DNA from: Heptranchias perlo
Lineage: Eukaryota
Direction: 5' to 3'
Length of the DNA: 64,000 nucleotides
Assembly (NCBI RefSeq): GCF_035084215.1
Contig: NC_090363.1
Coordinates: 5,828,001-5,892,000 of the forward strand
The notes under the pieces are model-generated. The model saw only the letters and a list, made by a program, of their open reading frames with translations. It ran no database searches and was not told where the DNA came from. The number at the start of each line of letters is the position of its first letter. The stretch's first letter is position 1. Below, piece after piece: positions 9,776-23,900 of the stretch. The translations under genes and the position numbers were made by a program.

Positions 9776-12700
9776 TGTAAAATAATGTATGTTGTATCGT
9801 AACTTAAATTTTGCTCCATAATTTCTAATCACAATCAAATATCTGACAGGGAACATTTTAATATGAATATTCGCCGAACATAACTAGACATGGTTTTATT
9901 TTGTGTTTTTTTCTTGTCACTTTTTGGTAACTATTTGTCCTCAACAAAATTAACGATGGTGCAGCTGGACTGTGAAGCATCAATCTGCTTTGTGCATTCA
10001 CTGTGCAAATAGGCTCCCTCTACAGTTCCTCAAAAATGGGGCTTAACAGCGCCTTCGGAAAAAAACGATATTCCTCTAAGTAATCCATTTATATTTTGCT
10101 CCCATGTTTTATGATGTAATTCTATATGTTCAACGGAATTGTCTTCTTGTAATAATTTTGGCCATTGCTCCCTATACCTTGTCATTTTGACTTATTAAGA
10201 GGATACCGGTTGTAAATCAGCCTCTTCAATGTAAAGGAGATGTTTTGTTAGACAGGACAAAAGAAAGATTATCTATTGCTATCGACAAATGTTGGCACTT
10301 TATTCATGAATTATGGAGGAATGTACTTTGTAGCCAATTTAATTACAATGATTGTAGTCAATTTTGTATCATGCCATTCACATTTATCAGTGTAATCGTT
10401 AATATAATTCCACAACTAATGAACCTGTAACTTTCCTTTTTATTTGATTCTTTAAAGCAAGAAAGTGAAACGCAGTAGGACTGATAATGTAAGAAAAATA
10501 TACAAGGAAGAAATGAATGAGTAGTCGCCTAAGTGGATCAAGCCATGGTACAACGCCGATTCATGACTTTAATATGTAAAACCCCGGTGCAATTAATAAT
10601 CATATATTGTGCCCTTGATGCGATCATTGCTGTCAGCAATAGATTTAAGTTCTTTACGTTGTGCACGCCTTGAAGGAGCCTAGATTTGAAATACGTGCGA
10701 TTTCTGTCTCAAACTGTATCCATAAAATTCAAATATGACCTTCAGTGTATCATTTTAAGATGAAACAACACCACCAAATTGTTTATGAATCATCTAGGAG
10801 ACAAAATAACTCAGTACGATGTTACATAATAAAACTAGTGATTCAATCCATATTCACCAGAATGTTAATTTGTGCTTTGATTTTGTCTATGGCTGATTTT
10901 AGTGAGTGGAATCACGCTCAATTATGCTCACATTGTTTAACCGAAATAAAAAGTTCCTAGATTCAACCATTGAATTCAACTCTTTAATTCCAGTTGACAT
11001 CTACAAAACGAATGCAGATTAAGCTGAACCCTGAATGATTATTAACCTTCTCTAAAATATGAATGATGTGAAATTGGAACAAAATCCTCAGAAAAACACC
11101 GAGAGAGCGACCATTTGGGTTAAAGTGACTTTGTAAGCTCAATTTATTTAAGTACAAGTTAAACTTCCCGATAGCTTAGTGAATAAACAAATTGCATACT
11201 GTAATAATGAGCTTCAAGGACCAGAAGGCATCGGGTTGTATCGCTGCTCTGTGCTGAATTAGTAGACCGGGAGCTGTGTTCGCTTTAGTGAACCTCAATA
11301 ATATAAAAAGGGGTTATCAGCCCCTGAGACACCATTTTTTAGAAGTGCTTGTGAGTGGAAAGCGGCCAAAGATCAGACAGGACTCGATTGGGAAGCAGCC
11401 CACAATAGAATATGCTCATACATCAAGAATGATAATTTAGGTAATTTCAGCGGGCTGCCATTGACCTATACCCCAGGATCACTGCCTGGGAGGAAAAGGC
11501 ATTAAAGTGGTAAAATAACCAAATTGTTAGATATCTGTAATAGATCTTCACAACTAGATAATTACATCAGCTTGATGCATAAAAATTGCAGGGCGCCCTG
11601 TGAATTACCAAGGACAGATTAAAACATCGCTACACCTACAATTTTGTAGGCATTGTGATATTACCCACACATAGAGAAATATAATAGCAACTGCACTCCA
11701 AACGAGAGTCTACTCCCTTCTTGCGCATTTAAAAGTTGTGAAAGAACATCTTGTGCCCGAAAAGTTACTGGAAAGACAATGTTGAACTAAAGAAAAGTGC
11801 ACCTAGTTTGTCACTGAGAACAGAGAGTTTACGAAGCCAATTATGAGAACTTTAAAGCTTCCTTTTTGTTTTTCACAAAGACACGCACATCCAATAGGCT
11901 AGGACAAGACTAAGCACTGCATAAGAGGCCGATATTGATTGGGAAGATATTGCAAAATTGTGGTTGTAACGCATACTATGACATACAAATGCTACATTTA
12001 AAAAACAAGAAAATCAATATTATTGTTAAATAATGGTTTAATGGCTCCAACTCTCCGGCTTCAGGCAAAGAGACAATGAAAAGAAAACATTAAGAAAAGT
12101 GGCAGCGAAGAATATAGAATCAACGAATATATTAGCTGCAGGGCATCTTCTGAAAACTTTTACATTTGCTCTTGGGATGTGTGCAACACTGGCAAGGCCC
12201 CATTTATTGCCCAGACCGAGCTAGCCCGAGGGTATTACGTATGTGGGACTTGGGTCACATTTAGGCCAGACTGGATGGTGCTGGCTGTTTACCCTCCCTG
12301 GTGGATTTTTACAGCAAAGTGAACGCTTTCATGTTCGTTATTTCTGATGTCAGCACGAAAATTGTCAGCTTTATTATTTTCAATTTCAAAATTTCCCGTG
12401 TCGGGATATGAATTTGTGATCTCTAGATTGACCACAACCATTATACTGCCGCACACTTCTGATAAATTGAACTTCTGAGAAACAAGACATTGTTTTGCAT
12501 TTTAAGTAGCAGCAGTTGTCGGACACTGTAAATGCCAACAGCTGAAAAATATTAAATATAACTCGTAGAAGCAAATTTTGCCTTTTAAGGCATGTGAAAC
12601 TATGGTCCGTGTATGGATGATAGAAAATAATTTTCGCGGTTGTTCTAGTAAAAGATATCGGTAATAAGCTCCTCTCTATGTCAGTCTAGCTCCCAGAAAC

Positions 12701-13439
12701 CTTAAAATTATTTTAACAGCTCTCTTCATTGTTCACAGTACATATTTTTGATGAGTCAGTATACAGAAGGACGTAAAACAAACTAATCCCAAGCCGACCT
12801 TATCTTGTGAGATATCAATAATATGATACAACCAGCTGGTTTTATTGACAGCCTGTCTATAGTGTGTTATGGTGAATCACATGGGTCTTTCACAAAGATG
12901 CATCTTATTTCAAAATAAAATCCCTGTGACTTGTTGGTTAAACTTCATGTTAATGGTTTAACAATAAGTTTGTGGGATCCAGCCCACCATATCTTATGAT
13001 ATGCGCATGAAATGCTTAAGTGTTCCGGTAAATAGCTGTTACAAAAAGTGAGTAATTGGGTACAATACATTTTTTCACACTGCATTAAGGAAGGTTCCGC
13101 TCATACAGTTTTGTTTTTATTTCAAATGACTTAATCAGCCAGTAAGATTGCTAATGGGTTAGTACAACTAGAATTTGAGGAAGACCTGGTCAGTGCAAAA
13201 TGAATCATCATTTCGTGCTCTGTTTTATGTTCACCGACAAATTACAGGAAATGTGCAGACACATTTAAATCTTTGATAACCCTTTACTTCTCATTTTAGT
13301 CATGTAATACATAAGCAGATTATATTTTAAGTGGATTATTCGAATGTAATGTTTGGTTGGCCCTGTGAATGTTCCGACCTGAACATTGTTGAATGATATT
13401 TCCAACAAAATTAGATTGCGACCAAAACACGAGGATGCG

Positions 13440-13755
13440 AATTTTAAATTTGAGGCATTGAGAAATCGGGAGCCCATATAGGCCAGCAGGGGCAAGTGTG
13501 AGGGGGGACAGGACTTGGTGTGGGGTATATTAGGGGTGACAGAGTTCTAGATGAACTGAAGTCTAAAGGGGACGGAGGATGGGAGGCCCGAGGAGAGCAT
13601 TGGAATAGTGGAGTCTGGAGGTTACAAAGACATGGATTAGTGTTTGAGTGGCAAATGGACTGAAGTAAAGGCGGACGGGGTTGATGTTACGGAGGTAGAC
13701 AAATGCAATCGCTATAAAAGAAGGGATATTTGCGTCAGAAGCTCAGCTCTGGGTG
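13440..13755 (-). mobile_element. Degraded L2-like LINE fragment
   Basis: Purine-rich antisense L2-type RT sequence (gcattggaatagtggagtctggaggttacaaagacatggat). Confidence 0.5.
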
Positions 13756-13757
13756 AA

Positions 13758-14040
13758 ATAGAATCATAGAAACAATGAAAGTTACGGCACCGAAGGAGGC
13801 CATTCGGCCGATCGTGTCTGTGCCAGCCGAAAAAGAGCTATCCAGCCTAATCCCACTTTCCAGCTCTTGGTCCGGAATGAGGGTTTCTGCCTCTACCACC
13901 CTTTCAGGCAGTGAGTTCCAGACCCCCACCACCCTCTGGGTGAAAAAATTCTCCTCAACTCACCTCTAATCTTTCTACCAATTACTTTAAATCTATACCA
14001 ACCCCCCCCCCCCCCTCCCCCGATTATTGGCCTCTGCTAA
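13758..14040 (-). mobile_element. CR1 3' end
   Basis: VVGVWNSLPERVVEAETL; tail repeat. Confidence 0.8.
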
Positions 14041-17000
14041 ATAGGACGCCCTGTTTGTGAACTGTCTGGTTCGGGACCTCAGGAGGCGCTGGACAAAATG
14101 TTTTTTCGGCTTTCAGTCCTGGTCTGTGCCAAAACGTCTGGTATTGACGTGGCACTTCTTGTGAAGTCTGGCTTTCAGGATATGGGTGAAATCCCTTACT
14201 TTACAGCCCCGCCCACTAATGAACACGTGAGTTTAATTCAAGATCAGGAAAGAACAAATATTGACGTTATTATTTAACACTACAAATTAATCACATGGAG
14301 AATCAGTACAAGTACTCGGAGAGAATCCCAGTATTACTCTAAAATGCTTCCAGTGTACTTCCTTTGGTAACATCTATCAATGTTGAACAAAAATACAAAT
14401 AGACTGTAGAAGTAATGTGTTTACTTCCCTTTTTAGTTGTGCCTAATACACTTTTTGAAATTTATAGAACACAACTCCAAAGCCACAATAGGTATGTCAA
14501 TTTGTCTCACTGTCTCTGTCACACACACAGAGACATCAATCACTCCCTCTCAGTTTAATAAACAAACAATCAATATAAACCTTTGCAAGAGCAGAGCCTT
14601 TGGCGTCTGTCCTATATTGTTTCTTCTAATATGTTTGAAAAAGAACCAAAAATGTTAATTAGTAAATTTAATGGTAAAGCTAGATGATAAATACAAATAT
14701 TTGATTGATAGAGCTAACTGAATGACACTGATAGTTTTGGGCAAATTAGATGCAATACACATGCTCAGTCTGCACAATCCAAATTTAGCTCAGAGTCACA
14801 ACTCTGGGAAAAGCTATCAACTTCAAAGTAAGGCTTTTGGGAGTGGTTAGGGCCTTCACTTAAAAACTTTAATGAATGCATTAAAAGTCACTAAAAGCAA
14901 CACAATTGATAAATGTAATCGTGTTATTGCGCAATATATAGTTTTAAAATTTAATATTTTGTTTAAGCCCTTATTATGGATATTAGATATGTCAATTACT
15001 GGGAAAAATGACAGATGAAAAAAATTCACCTGAAAATTTTCCAGAGTACATTTTGATCGATTTGTGCAAAAAACTCAGATTGTGAAATGGTGTGATGATG
15101 TGGTACAGAGGCGATTACAAATCACCAATGTGGATGCAGGAATTTATAATGACAAAAAAAGGTTGAAACAAATGTATGACGAAAAGACAATATGGAGGCG
15201 GACATAACTGTAGTCTTCAGGCGAAGCGGATTAAAGGGCAGTGGATAATTGGGCCAGGGCACGCGTGTATAGTCCAATGCCCATTTTATTGTCAACTGTC
15301 GATTACATTTCAAAAACCGTTGCTTTACTGAAGTCGTGAAACTTGCGACAATGTAACAGCAAACATATGGAGATTGCAATTTCAACAATAGTGGTATTTC
15401 ATTTTGTAATTTTACTTAAATATGCTTGTATCTTGCAGGAACAAGAATGAAGCAAATGATCACAGATTTAACAAAAATAAATAGCATGAATCTCTTGGAG
15501 TCAGCAATTCTATGGGTTTCGGTTCCCAGTTTCATGTGTTCAAGGACTTCTCATATACAGTCATTATGCTATGTTATATGAATGAGACGCGAATTTCAGT
15601 TTTGAATCCTTTTCTCGGTTTCTTCAAGAACGTACTGAAACGACTCTTTCAATACTGAATACAATTAGGCTTACGTTCCTAACTTGTAACAGCACAGCCA
15701 AGGGAAAATGATCCTGTAATGATCTTATTGTAAATGCTACTCTTTGTTGGCGAGTTAAAGTAAGTGGAATTCTATAGTTCCATTCTTTAGTAAAATGTGG
15801 ACCTTGTTCCGGCATTTCCCTGCATGATTTTGTACTGTTATTATTATGATTTTGAAGTTACAACACTTTATTTTTTGCTTCTAGGCAAAACAGTATGGGG
15901 AAGTGGAAATTTGAACTTAATTTATTTATTTCTGCAAATCGTAATTTCGTTTAAGTAAGCTATTAACCTGTGCACAAATCAGCCCGGAGTTGAAGCGCTG
16001 ACTATCAGTGAGGACAGAAATACCTTTAACTTAAAATAAATTAATAGCATATTAAGCCCAATTTTAACCGAACACGCTCTGGTTCCCGTCGGACGCTCAT
16101 TTTAAACCATGCCTAATTTTATTCTCTATTGACTTCTGCTCGTTCTGGGTCCCCCACGTCTCAATTTTACAATTCTTATCCCTATCTTTAAATCTCTCCA
16201 TATCCCCTTAAGACCCTTCAACTCTACATTGCCTCTCAATCTCTCCGTTCCCCTCCCTCCGGCCGACTCTGCACCCCCACCCCCCTTCAACACAGCATTA
16301 GGGCGGAATTTCCGTTACCTTGGTCCCCGCCTTTCCAACATTATTCCTTCCTTTAAGAGCGCTCTTAAAAACTTACCCCTTTGCCCACGACTATGGTCAA
16401 CCCCGTGATCGCTCCGTTTGGCCGGTTTGGAGTCCATCTCACCAACCCCCTGTAATATGCCCTGGGACATGTGTCTGCGTTAAAGATATTGGGAGTAAAA
16501 CTGGACATGGACCAGGACACAAAACAAACGGAATGGCATTTGCCGACACATCAGATATTGCTGGGTATCCAGCTGAGGTTGTGACAGGAGACCGATAATA
16601 CACCGCTTGTTTTTCATCGCCGCCCGTGTCTAATTTCACCCCCGCTATATAGATGCATGTTGTTGTTATTAAGTTAATAAAATAAAAGTATAACAAACGT
16701 TATTTGAATGAAGCCAACAATAATTTAAGTATTGTATAATGATAATTTAAAAAACGTAGTAACTGAAAAGAATTGAAAAAAAGCTAATTCTAGTGCAGTG
16801 TCCTAGTGCAGGATCCGCTGGAAGATTATGACAGGCCCGTAATTTGAACGCAATGGTTCTAACAACGGAAAAGCCATTGTCCTGCAGATATATATCTCAT
16901 TGCAACCCCCTGTAAAATATCGCTTCTATTTGCAACGTCTGTCTAGTTTAATATGTATTGAATTTTCAGCTCAACGGTCTGACTCACGAATTTTATAGAT

Positions 17001-17314
17001 AACATGTAGGGGTGAATTTCAGCCTGGGTCCTCCCGTTCTTCGTCGTAACTGCGGCGGAAGCCCCGGAAAACGCTGTTTAATACATAAATGCATAGGAGT
17101 TAGGAAACAGAAACAGGTCATTCGGCCCAACCGGTCAGTGTAGGCATTTGCCCTCCTGGTGTGTTGACGCTTTTATCCCTGGGTCTCCAAGGCTCTTCCG
17201 CAAACTTATGGTGGACGAGTGGGGGAGCCTGATGGAAATTCACCTCCATATATATATATAGCTATAAAACCTGTACACAGTGGGGGACAAATTCGAGATC
17301 CAACACCTAGCAGT

Positions 17315-17650
17315 GATTCGACTTTTCACCCCTCCCTATCTCTACCACCCTCCGAAATCTCTGCGCTCCTCCAATTCTTGCTTCTTGTGCATCCCCAATT
17401 TTAATCGCTCCACCATTGGCAGCCGTGCCTTCCTCTGCCTCGGCCCTAAGTTCTGGAATTCCCTCCCTAAACCTCTCCGCCTTTCTACCTCTCTCTCCTC
17501 CTTTAAGTCCTTAGAACCTACCTCTTTGAGCAAGTTTTTGCTCACCTGTCCTAATATCTCAAATTTTGTTTGATAACACTTCTCTGAAGCTCCTTGGAAC
17601 GTTTTACTATGTTAACGGCGCTATATAAATGCAAGTTGTTGTTGCTGTTG
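17315..17650 (+). mobile_element. L2-type LINE 3' end
   Basis: STIGSRAFLCLGPKFWNSLP; tail gcgctatataaatgcaagttgttgttg. Confidence 0.75.
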
Positions 17651-17888
17651 TGCTGAACAAGACGTCCAAGAAGGTAAAATTGCAGGTTTGATAAAGTTTC
17701 ACTAAAAGCCACGAAATTACATCCCAATCAAAATCGTGGTTGAACCATGAAGGCGATCTGTATGGATATATGCCACCTTTTTAACCAGCATTGGATTTTT
17801 TCCTCACACCCCTTCAAAGACAGCAATGACCAAAGCGCCCTTTGCAACTAATCTTCTCCTAATTGTATTCACAGTCAATAATAGAAAA

Positions 17889-17928
17889 ATGCATCCAGGT
17901 ACTATAATCGGTGTGTTGCTGATCACTG
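17889..17928 (+). CDS. Gene B leader exon
   Basis: ATG CAT CCA GGT ACT ATA ATC GGT GTG TTG CTG ATC ACT G|GTGAGT; phase 1 joins to AVTNGDLNVTQNP. Confidence 0.75.
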
Positions 17929-20900
17929 GTGAGTCTTGAATTTATTCACTTCATATTCCAACGTGCATCGTTAAAGATGGTTTTAACTGTGTTTATTTTT
18001 AATACCTGAAAATTCACCTGACTATGTCGGCACTTTTTCGCGTTAGTTTTGTAAATCTCTTCTTAGTCAAATTATTGAAAAGGATCTCGTTGAGACAATA
18101 ATTTGCATGGTGCTCGATAATTGTAATACCAGCTGAATGAACATCTATCCATCTCACCATTACTACTTAAAATACTCATGCATCTTGGCAGCTTGGTTTC
18201 TCCTAAAAAAAATCATGTAATTATTATTGTATTACTGTTACAAATTGACTTTTTAACAATGTGCGCTGCATTCGGTAGGGCTGCAGGCAGATTTTAGGGA
18301 GCTAGGAAAGAGATTAATAAGCAGGAGCTCAAGGGTAGTAATCTCCGGATTATTCCCAGTGCCACGCACTAGTGAGTATAGAAATAGGAAGTAAAGCAGA
18401 CGAATGCATGGCAGGAGAGAGGCCTTTAGTTTCCTAAGGCATTGGGACCGGTACTGGGGGAGGTGGGACCTGCACAAGGCGGATCAGTTGCCCCTCAACA
18501 GGGATGGAATGTAAGAGCAGGGAGGTTATGCTAGAACAGTATAAAACACTAGTTAGGCCACAACTAGAGTACTGCATACAGTTCTGGTCTCCACATTACA
18601 GGAAAGATGTGATTGCACTAGTGAGGGTACAGAGGAGGCTTAGGAGGATGTTGCAGGACAGGAGAATTTTAGCTGTGACAAAAGATTGGATAGGCTGGGG
18701 TTGTTTTCTTTGGAACAAAGGAGGCTGAGGGGAGATTTAATTGAGGTGTATAAAAATGAGGGGCCTAGATAGAGTGGATAGGAAGGACCTATTTCCCTTA
18801 GCAGAGGGGTCAATAACCAGGGGGTGTAGATTTAAAGTAATTGGTAGAAGGATTAGAAGGGAGTTGAGGAAATTTTTTTCACCCAGAGGATGGTGAGGGT
18901 CTGGAACTCACTGCCTGAGAGGGTGGTAGAGGCAGAAACCCTCATCACATTTAAAAAGTACTTAAAGTGCCGCAACGTACAAGGCTACGGACCAAGAGCT
19001 GGAATGTGGGATTAGGCTGCATAGCTCTTTTTCGGCCGGCACAGACACGTTGGGCCGAATGGCCTCCTTCTGTGCCGTAAATTTCTATGATTCCGTGACT
19101 CTATAATCGCCACGCAACCGGCGTCTGGTTTACTGGGTTGGATCACCGATGTGATCTGATGAAAAATCTCCTTGGCTGTAAGAATTGCGAGAGTAAGAAA
19201 TAAATGGCTAGATATTTTGGTAATTTCATATTCAGAGACAATGGGAATGTTCAATGTGGGAATTGGAATGTCATCGTCGTTCTGGTACGACAAGAATTCT
19301 CTTCTGAGTTTGGTTGGAGCGGAATAAAGGTTGCTTTGCTCTACATTAAACCTTTAATGTATCTCTCCCGAGACTGCTTAATGTTAAACCTGATCCCTGA
19401 AGGGAGAAGAGACAAACATTTATCGAGCTGATTCTAATTAATCACCAAAAAATGACTATGAAATACGGGAATTGTGGTAGTGTTTTTTTCTCCGTTCTAT
19501 TGCTGTGATGTTCAATTCTCGGTTAGTACCAGGTGGGGACACAATTGATTATTGGAAAGTTAATTGACTGTAATGACTTGAAACCCATTTTTTAAAAAAA
19601 TTCAGGAAGTGGAGGGCGGTTTTGTTGCCCTGAGAATGTGATGTTGGGCCTTCTCATTGTACTCATGTGGTCCTTGTAATAATGGTCCTCCCACCACAGC
19701 GTTCGGTAAGGAATGCACGCATATTGACTCCGTGAGCATCAAGGAACGACAATATATAATGCGTGACTTGGAGGGGAACTTGGAGGATGGTATTCCCACG
19801 AAATTGCTGCTCTTGTTTTTCCTGGTGGTAAAGGTTGCAGGGGAAGAAGGTTCTGTTGATCCCAAGATGTTTTTGGTGGGAGATTGGACAGTAGCGCTGC
19901 CGTTGAAGGTCAGGGGCAGATAGATGGGTTTTCTCTGGTTTGAGCTGGTCATTACTTGCATTCATGTGGCGCAAAATTATCTGCCAGTTGTCAGACCATG
20001 TAGTTTAAATTCCGGATGAGATTTATCAAACAAGGATACTTAGAATCTCTCTCTTTCAGCTGTTACCAATGGCGACCTCAACGTTACTCAAAACCCAGGG
20101 ACTATTGAAGTAACCGAGGGCATGGAGTTCCATCTCCCCTGCACATTTACTACTCTTAAAATTCTCCTTCGTTCCGCCTACACGTGGTATAAACAAGGAT
20201 CAGGCTGTAACAAGTGTGCAGTTAAGAACACGTCTGGAGAATTCATAGGTCGAGTTTTGGAGCAAGATAAAGACTCGTTTGAAGCAAATAAAAACGCTTC
20301 TATTACAATCATGGACGCGAAACAGAACGATACCGGGATATATTATTGTGAAGTGAGCTTATTTCTGGATGAGATGGCCACCGGAATGGGCACACGGGTA
20401 ACAGTAAAAGGTATGCTTCTATTGTGACACTAATGTCTCCCATTGGATATATTCTCTCCAATAAAACCCAACCACTTTCACCTCAAACACCGACTCTACA
20501 ATTTTGGGGTAAGAGTTATGAAGGAGAAAATTTACAAATCTCGAGTCTCTGGAAATGTTACTAAATTCTATAGATAAATGCACTGCTGATCATATATTCT
20601 ATAAAAACGTTCATTTCAACTTTGATACTAAATTAAACTGGAGTATAAGATTAAATGTACGAATCCATTAATCGGAACTGACCCTGCTTGAGATCTTGGA
20701 TTTTTCTGGACAGATTGTCTGGCATTTTTAAACACTTGTCAGGATGTACCGTATTTTGGCAATATAATTCAATATGTTTCTCCCTGTTTGTTGTTAGACT
20801 ACTGAGTCCGACTTCAGTTTGACCTAAGTCCAGGTGGTCTCTCTGTTTTATGCGAACCTAACTATAACTAAACTTACGATTGTTTGCGGTAAAGACTCAT

Positions 20901-23900
20901 TTGAAGCAAACAAAAATGCTTCTATTACAACGACCATAAATAGATACTGACACGCAAATATGCATGTGTGCACACATCCGTAAATATATCCGAGCATCCC
21001 TGCATTTGTGTGTATTTGTGCCATATATCACAACCACATGCGGATAAATACGCACACAGATAGTTACGTGCACACTCAGATTGATTCATTAACACGAACT
21101 CGTGGAACAGGGGTCCAGAAAATAGAATTAATTGAAAGGGAAAGTAAATATTTCTTACACTCATTTTTTTTTAAAATGGTTATTCTCCAATGACCTAAAC
21201 GTTTTGCAATCTTTTCATAAATACAACTGGGATATCTTTGACAGTAATTGATTCATTCTCTACAGGTGCAGAGTACATTAACGCAGACCATCCGACTAGT
21301 ACTCCAAAGAACAACTTGATCACATTGTCGATGGTGTTCATTGTAGTGTTGCTGCAGCTTACCGCAGGTGTTATCGCCTTGCACGTCTGCAAGCATCGAG
21401 GTAACTCTATTAAATTTATTGCAGTGGCGAGGGCTGAAGAAATATGATTGAGCTCCAAAGCAGCCTTACGTTTGAATGCATGAAGCATTTCTGGGTAATA
21501 ACCGCATCCTTTCTCAAAGAAAGAGATAACTTACATTTATAGATCGCCTTTCACGAACTGATGATATCACAAAGCAATTTGCAAACAGTGAAATACTTTA
21601 GAAGTGTTCTCACACTTGTAATTTAGGAAACCCGGCACAGCAAGGTCACACAAACAGAAATGTGATAACAACCAGATTAGCTGCTTTAGTGATGTTCGTT
21701 GAGGGTTAAATATTGACTGGGGAGAACTCCCACGCTCTGCTTTGCGACTAGTCTTGTGGGATCTTTTACGCTGGTCGTGAGCAGACGGGGCGTCGGTTTC
21801 ATGTCTCCTCTGAACGACTGCACCTCCGACAGTGCAGCGCTCCTTTAGCACTGCAAGATCTTGTGCTACAAGTTTCTCGAGTGGGACTTGAGCCCACAAC
21901 CCTTACTAACTCAGACGCGAGAGTGCTACCGACTGAGCCAAGGTTGACAGTCGCAGTCGTTTAATATCGAATAATGAGAAGCTGACAGCCATGTTAGTCT
22001 TTCAGATAAACTCCAAAATCAGTAGGCGGTAAGACATTTTCAAAAGTACCGTACATTCGGACACAAACTTATTAGGCGCTGACAGTGCTCCAGTTAAAGG
22101 TCCACAAAGATGAAGGTTTGTAGCATGATTTGCTCAGTAAAATGCTTTTATTGCTAAAAATACAGCGTAATCATTTCACAATCCCAATAGTGTTTAATTA
22201 TAGTAAGATGCGCTTAACAAAAAATAATGCTCTCTAATTTTGACCTCGCCTCCTTATTTAGCACGAGGGCACCTGCTTAGTCCCAATGTGACTGACAGGC
22301 TCATGTAATAATGTCAGGTTGCCATTTTATCTCTGGATACGTCATGAATTTAGGGCATGATTCGCTCTACCAATGGATTTGGTTTCTTTATATAATGTTA
22401 AGTTTCGGTTGTATCCTGTAAAAGCATTTTATTACCAACATTACAATCTGTTCATAATGAATTAACATTATTTTATTCTTAATTTCTTCACCGCATAAAT
22501 GTAACACGTCTATCCCTAACATTTTACAGATAGAGCACCAAGAACCCGAATGGAAAAACAGGTAAGCAGGATGTAACAAATGAGAATTGTAATAAGGTTT
22601 ATTCTTTAACAGACTGTTGTTTTTGATGAAAGTCAAGAGCGAGACCTCGGCACACGTGAAAGCGTGGGATAAAAATGACAGGTTATTTACTCCGTCAGCC
22701 CCACCACCTCATGTAGTGATTTGACCCATGTTTATGATTATAACTCCACTTAGATTTAATTAAAGCTGATTTCAATGCAACTTTCCTCATGTTTGATATT
22801 TTGCTGATTTGTCACCAACATATAGATTCTTAATGAATGTTAATTCAGCAAAGGTTACTTAAAATGTGCAATTCTAGAATTTAGTAGAAATTACTGTTGG
22901 CAATAATAGCTGACAAGCATTTAATACTTTTCTGTGGCGTTCTTCTGTCTGCTATTCTAACGCAGAGGCTATCTCATTTAAAATAACCAGTTTAATACCC
23001 TGGTTAACATAATGGAGAAAGCAATGTCATTTAAATGCCTATTATGGCCAGAATTCACTTCCACTCTAAAGTCTGGAGAAGTAAGGCCAATAATTATCAT
23101 TATTGAGCCTGGGATTTACAGCTATAGATGAATGCACAGTTGCTTAATAAATCTGCGAGATATTCTCGTGTCCACTATTTTAAAGGGTGCAATCCCATCT
23201 CTTTTAAATTGGTTAAATCAATTCCCTACCAAATCATTAAGTGCTCCTGCTCCATTGCTTTTAAACGTAATTCTTAGTTTCTGGTCTCATTCCTATGAGT
23301 AGTTTCTTTGGTAATATTAGCCGAGACATTTAATGGGATATGTTCTTCTTCTGTTCACTATTTTAACTTAGGCATTAGCCGCTTTATTTTAAACCAATTA
23401 AGACCTCTGCTAAAATAGCGGACAGAGGTTTGTCATGAATGCCCCAAGCAATGGCCACTAATATCACCAACAGTCATTTCTACCCTGAAGTGAATGGACA
23501 CACACTAAAATTTACTGTCTTACTGTGCTAGTACACAGGTTATTGTAACACCTTCGGGTTATACTGCACACATTTGCGAATGCATCATAATATAATTTCT
23601 GGCCCATTAGTCACCATATTAGTTATCGTGACATTTTCAGACTGGTCTAAAACCAAAACATGTCCCTGCCCACCTAACCTTTATATAGCAGTTAAGGGGT
23701 GAAATTCATCTTGGGGACAGCGCCAAACTGGCGATAGCGAATCATCAGCCCGCCCGATTTCCTATTCCCACTAAGAGAACAATGGGGCCTCTTACACGCC
23801 TGTCAGCATCCTTAAAATCTTTCTGATTCTGAAGAAACCAGAACTGACTCCCGCCCAATTCTGGTTACAGCCACTAGAAAGAGATTTAAATGGCCAACGT

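Larger units (their letters stand above)
4630..11260 (+). repeat. Inverted segmental duplication, copy 1 (gene A with flanks)
   Basis: Collinear reverse-complement matches to 32495-44235 in upstream, intronic and 3' flanking blocks, e.g. agccatggtacaacgccgattcatgac. Confidence 0.85.

Noticed and set aside
11300-17800. Possible additional exons (acceptor-like sites near 14436, 15438, 15884)
   Set aside because: No V, TM or motif-bearing open frame; they might be 5'UTR exons of B but cannot be supported from sequence alone.
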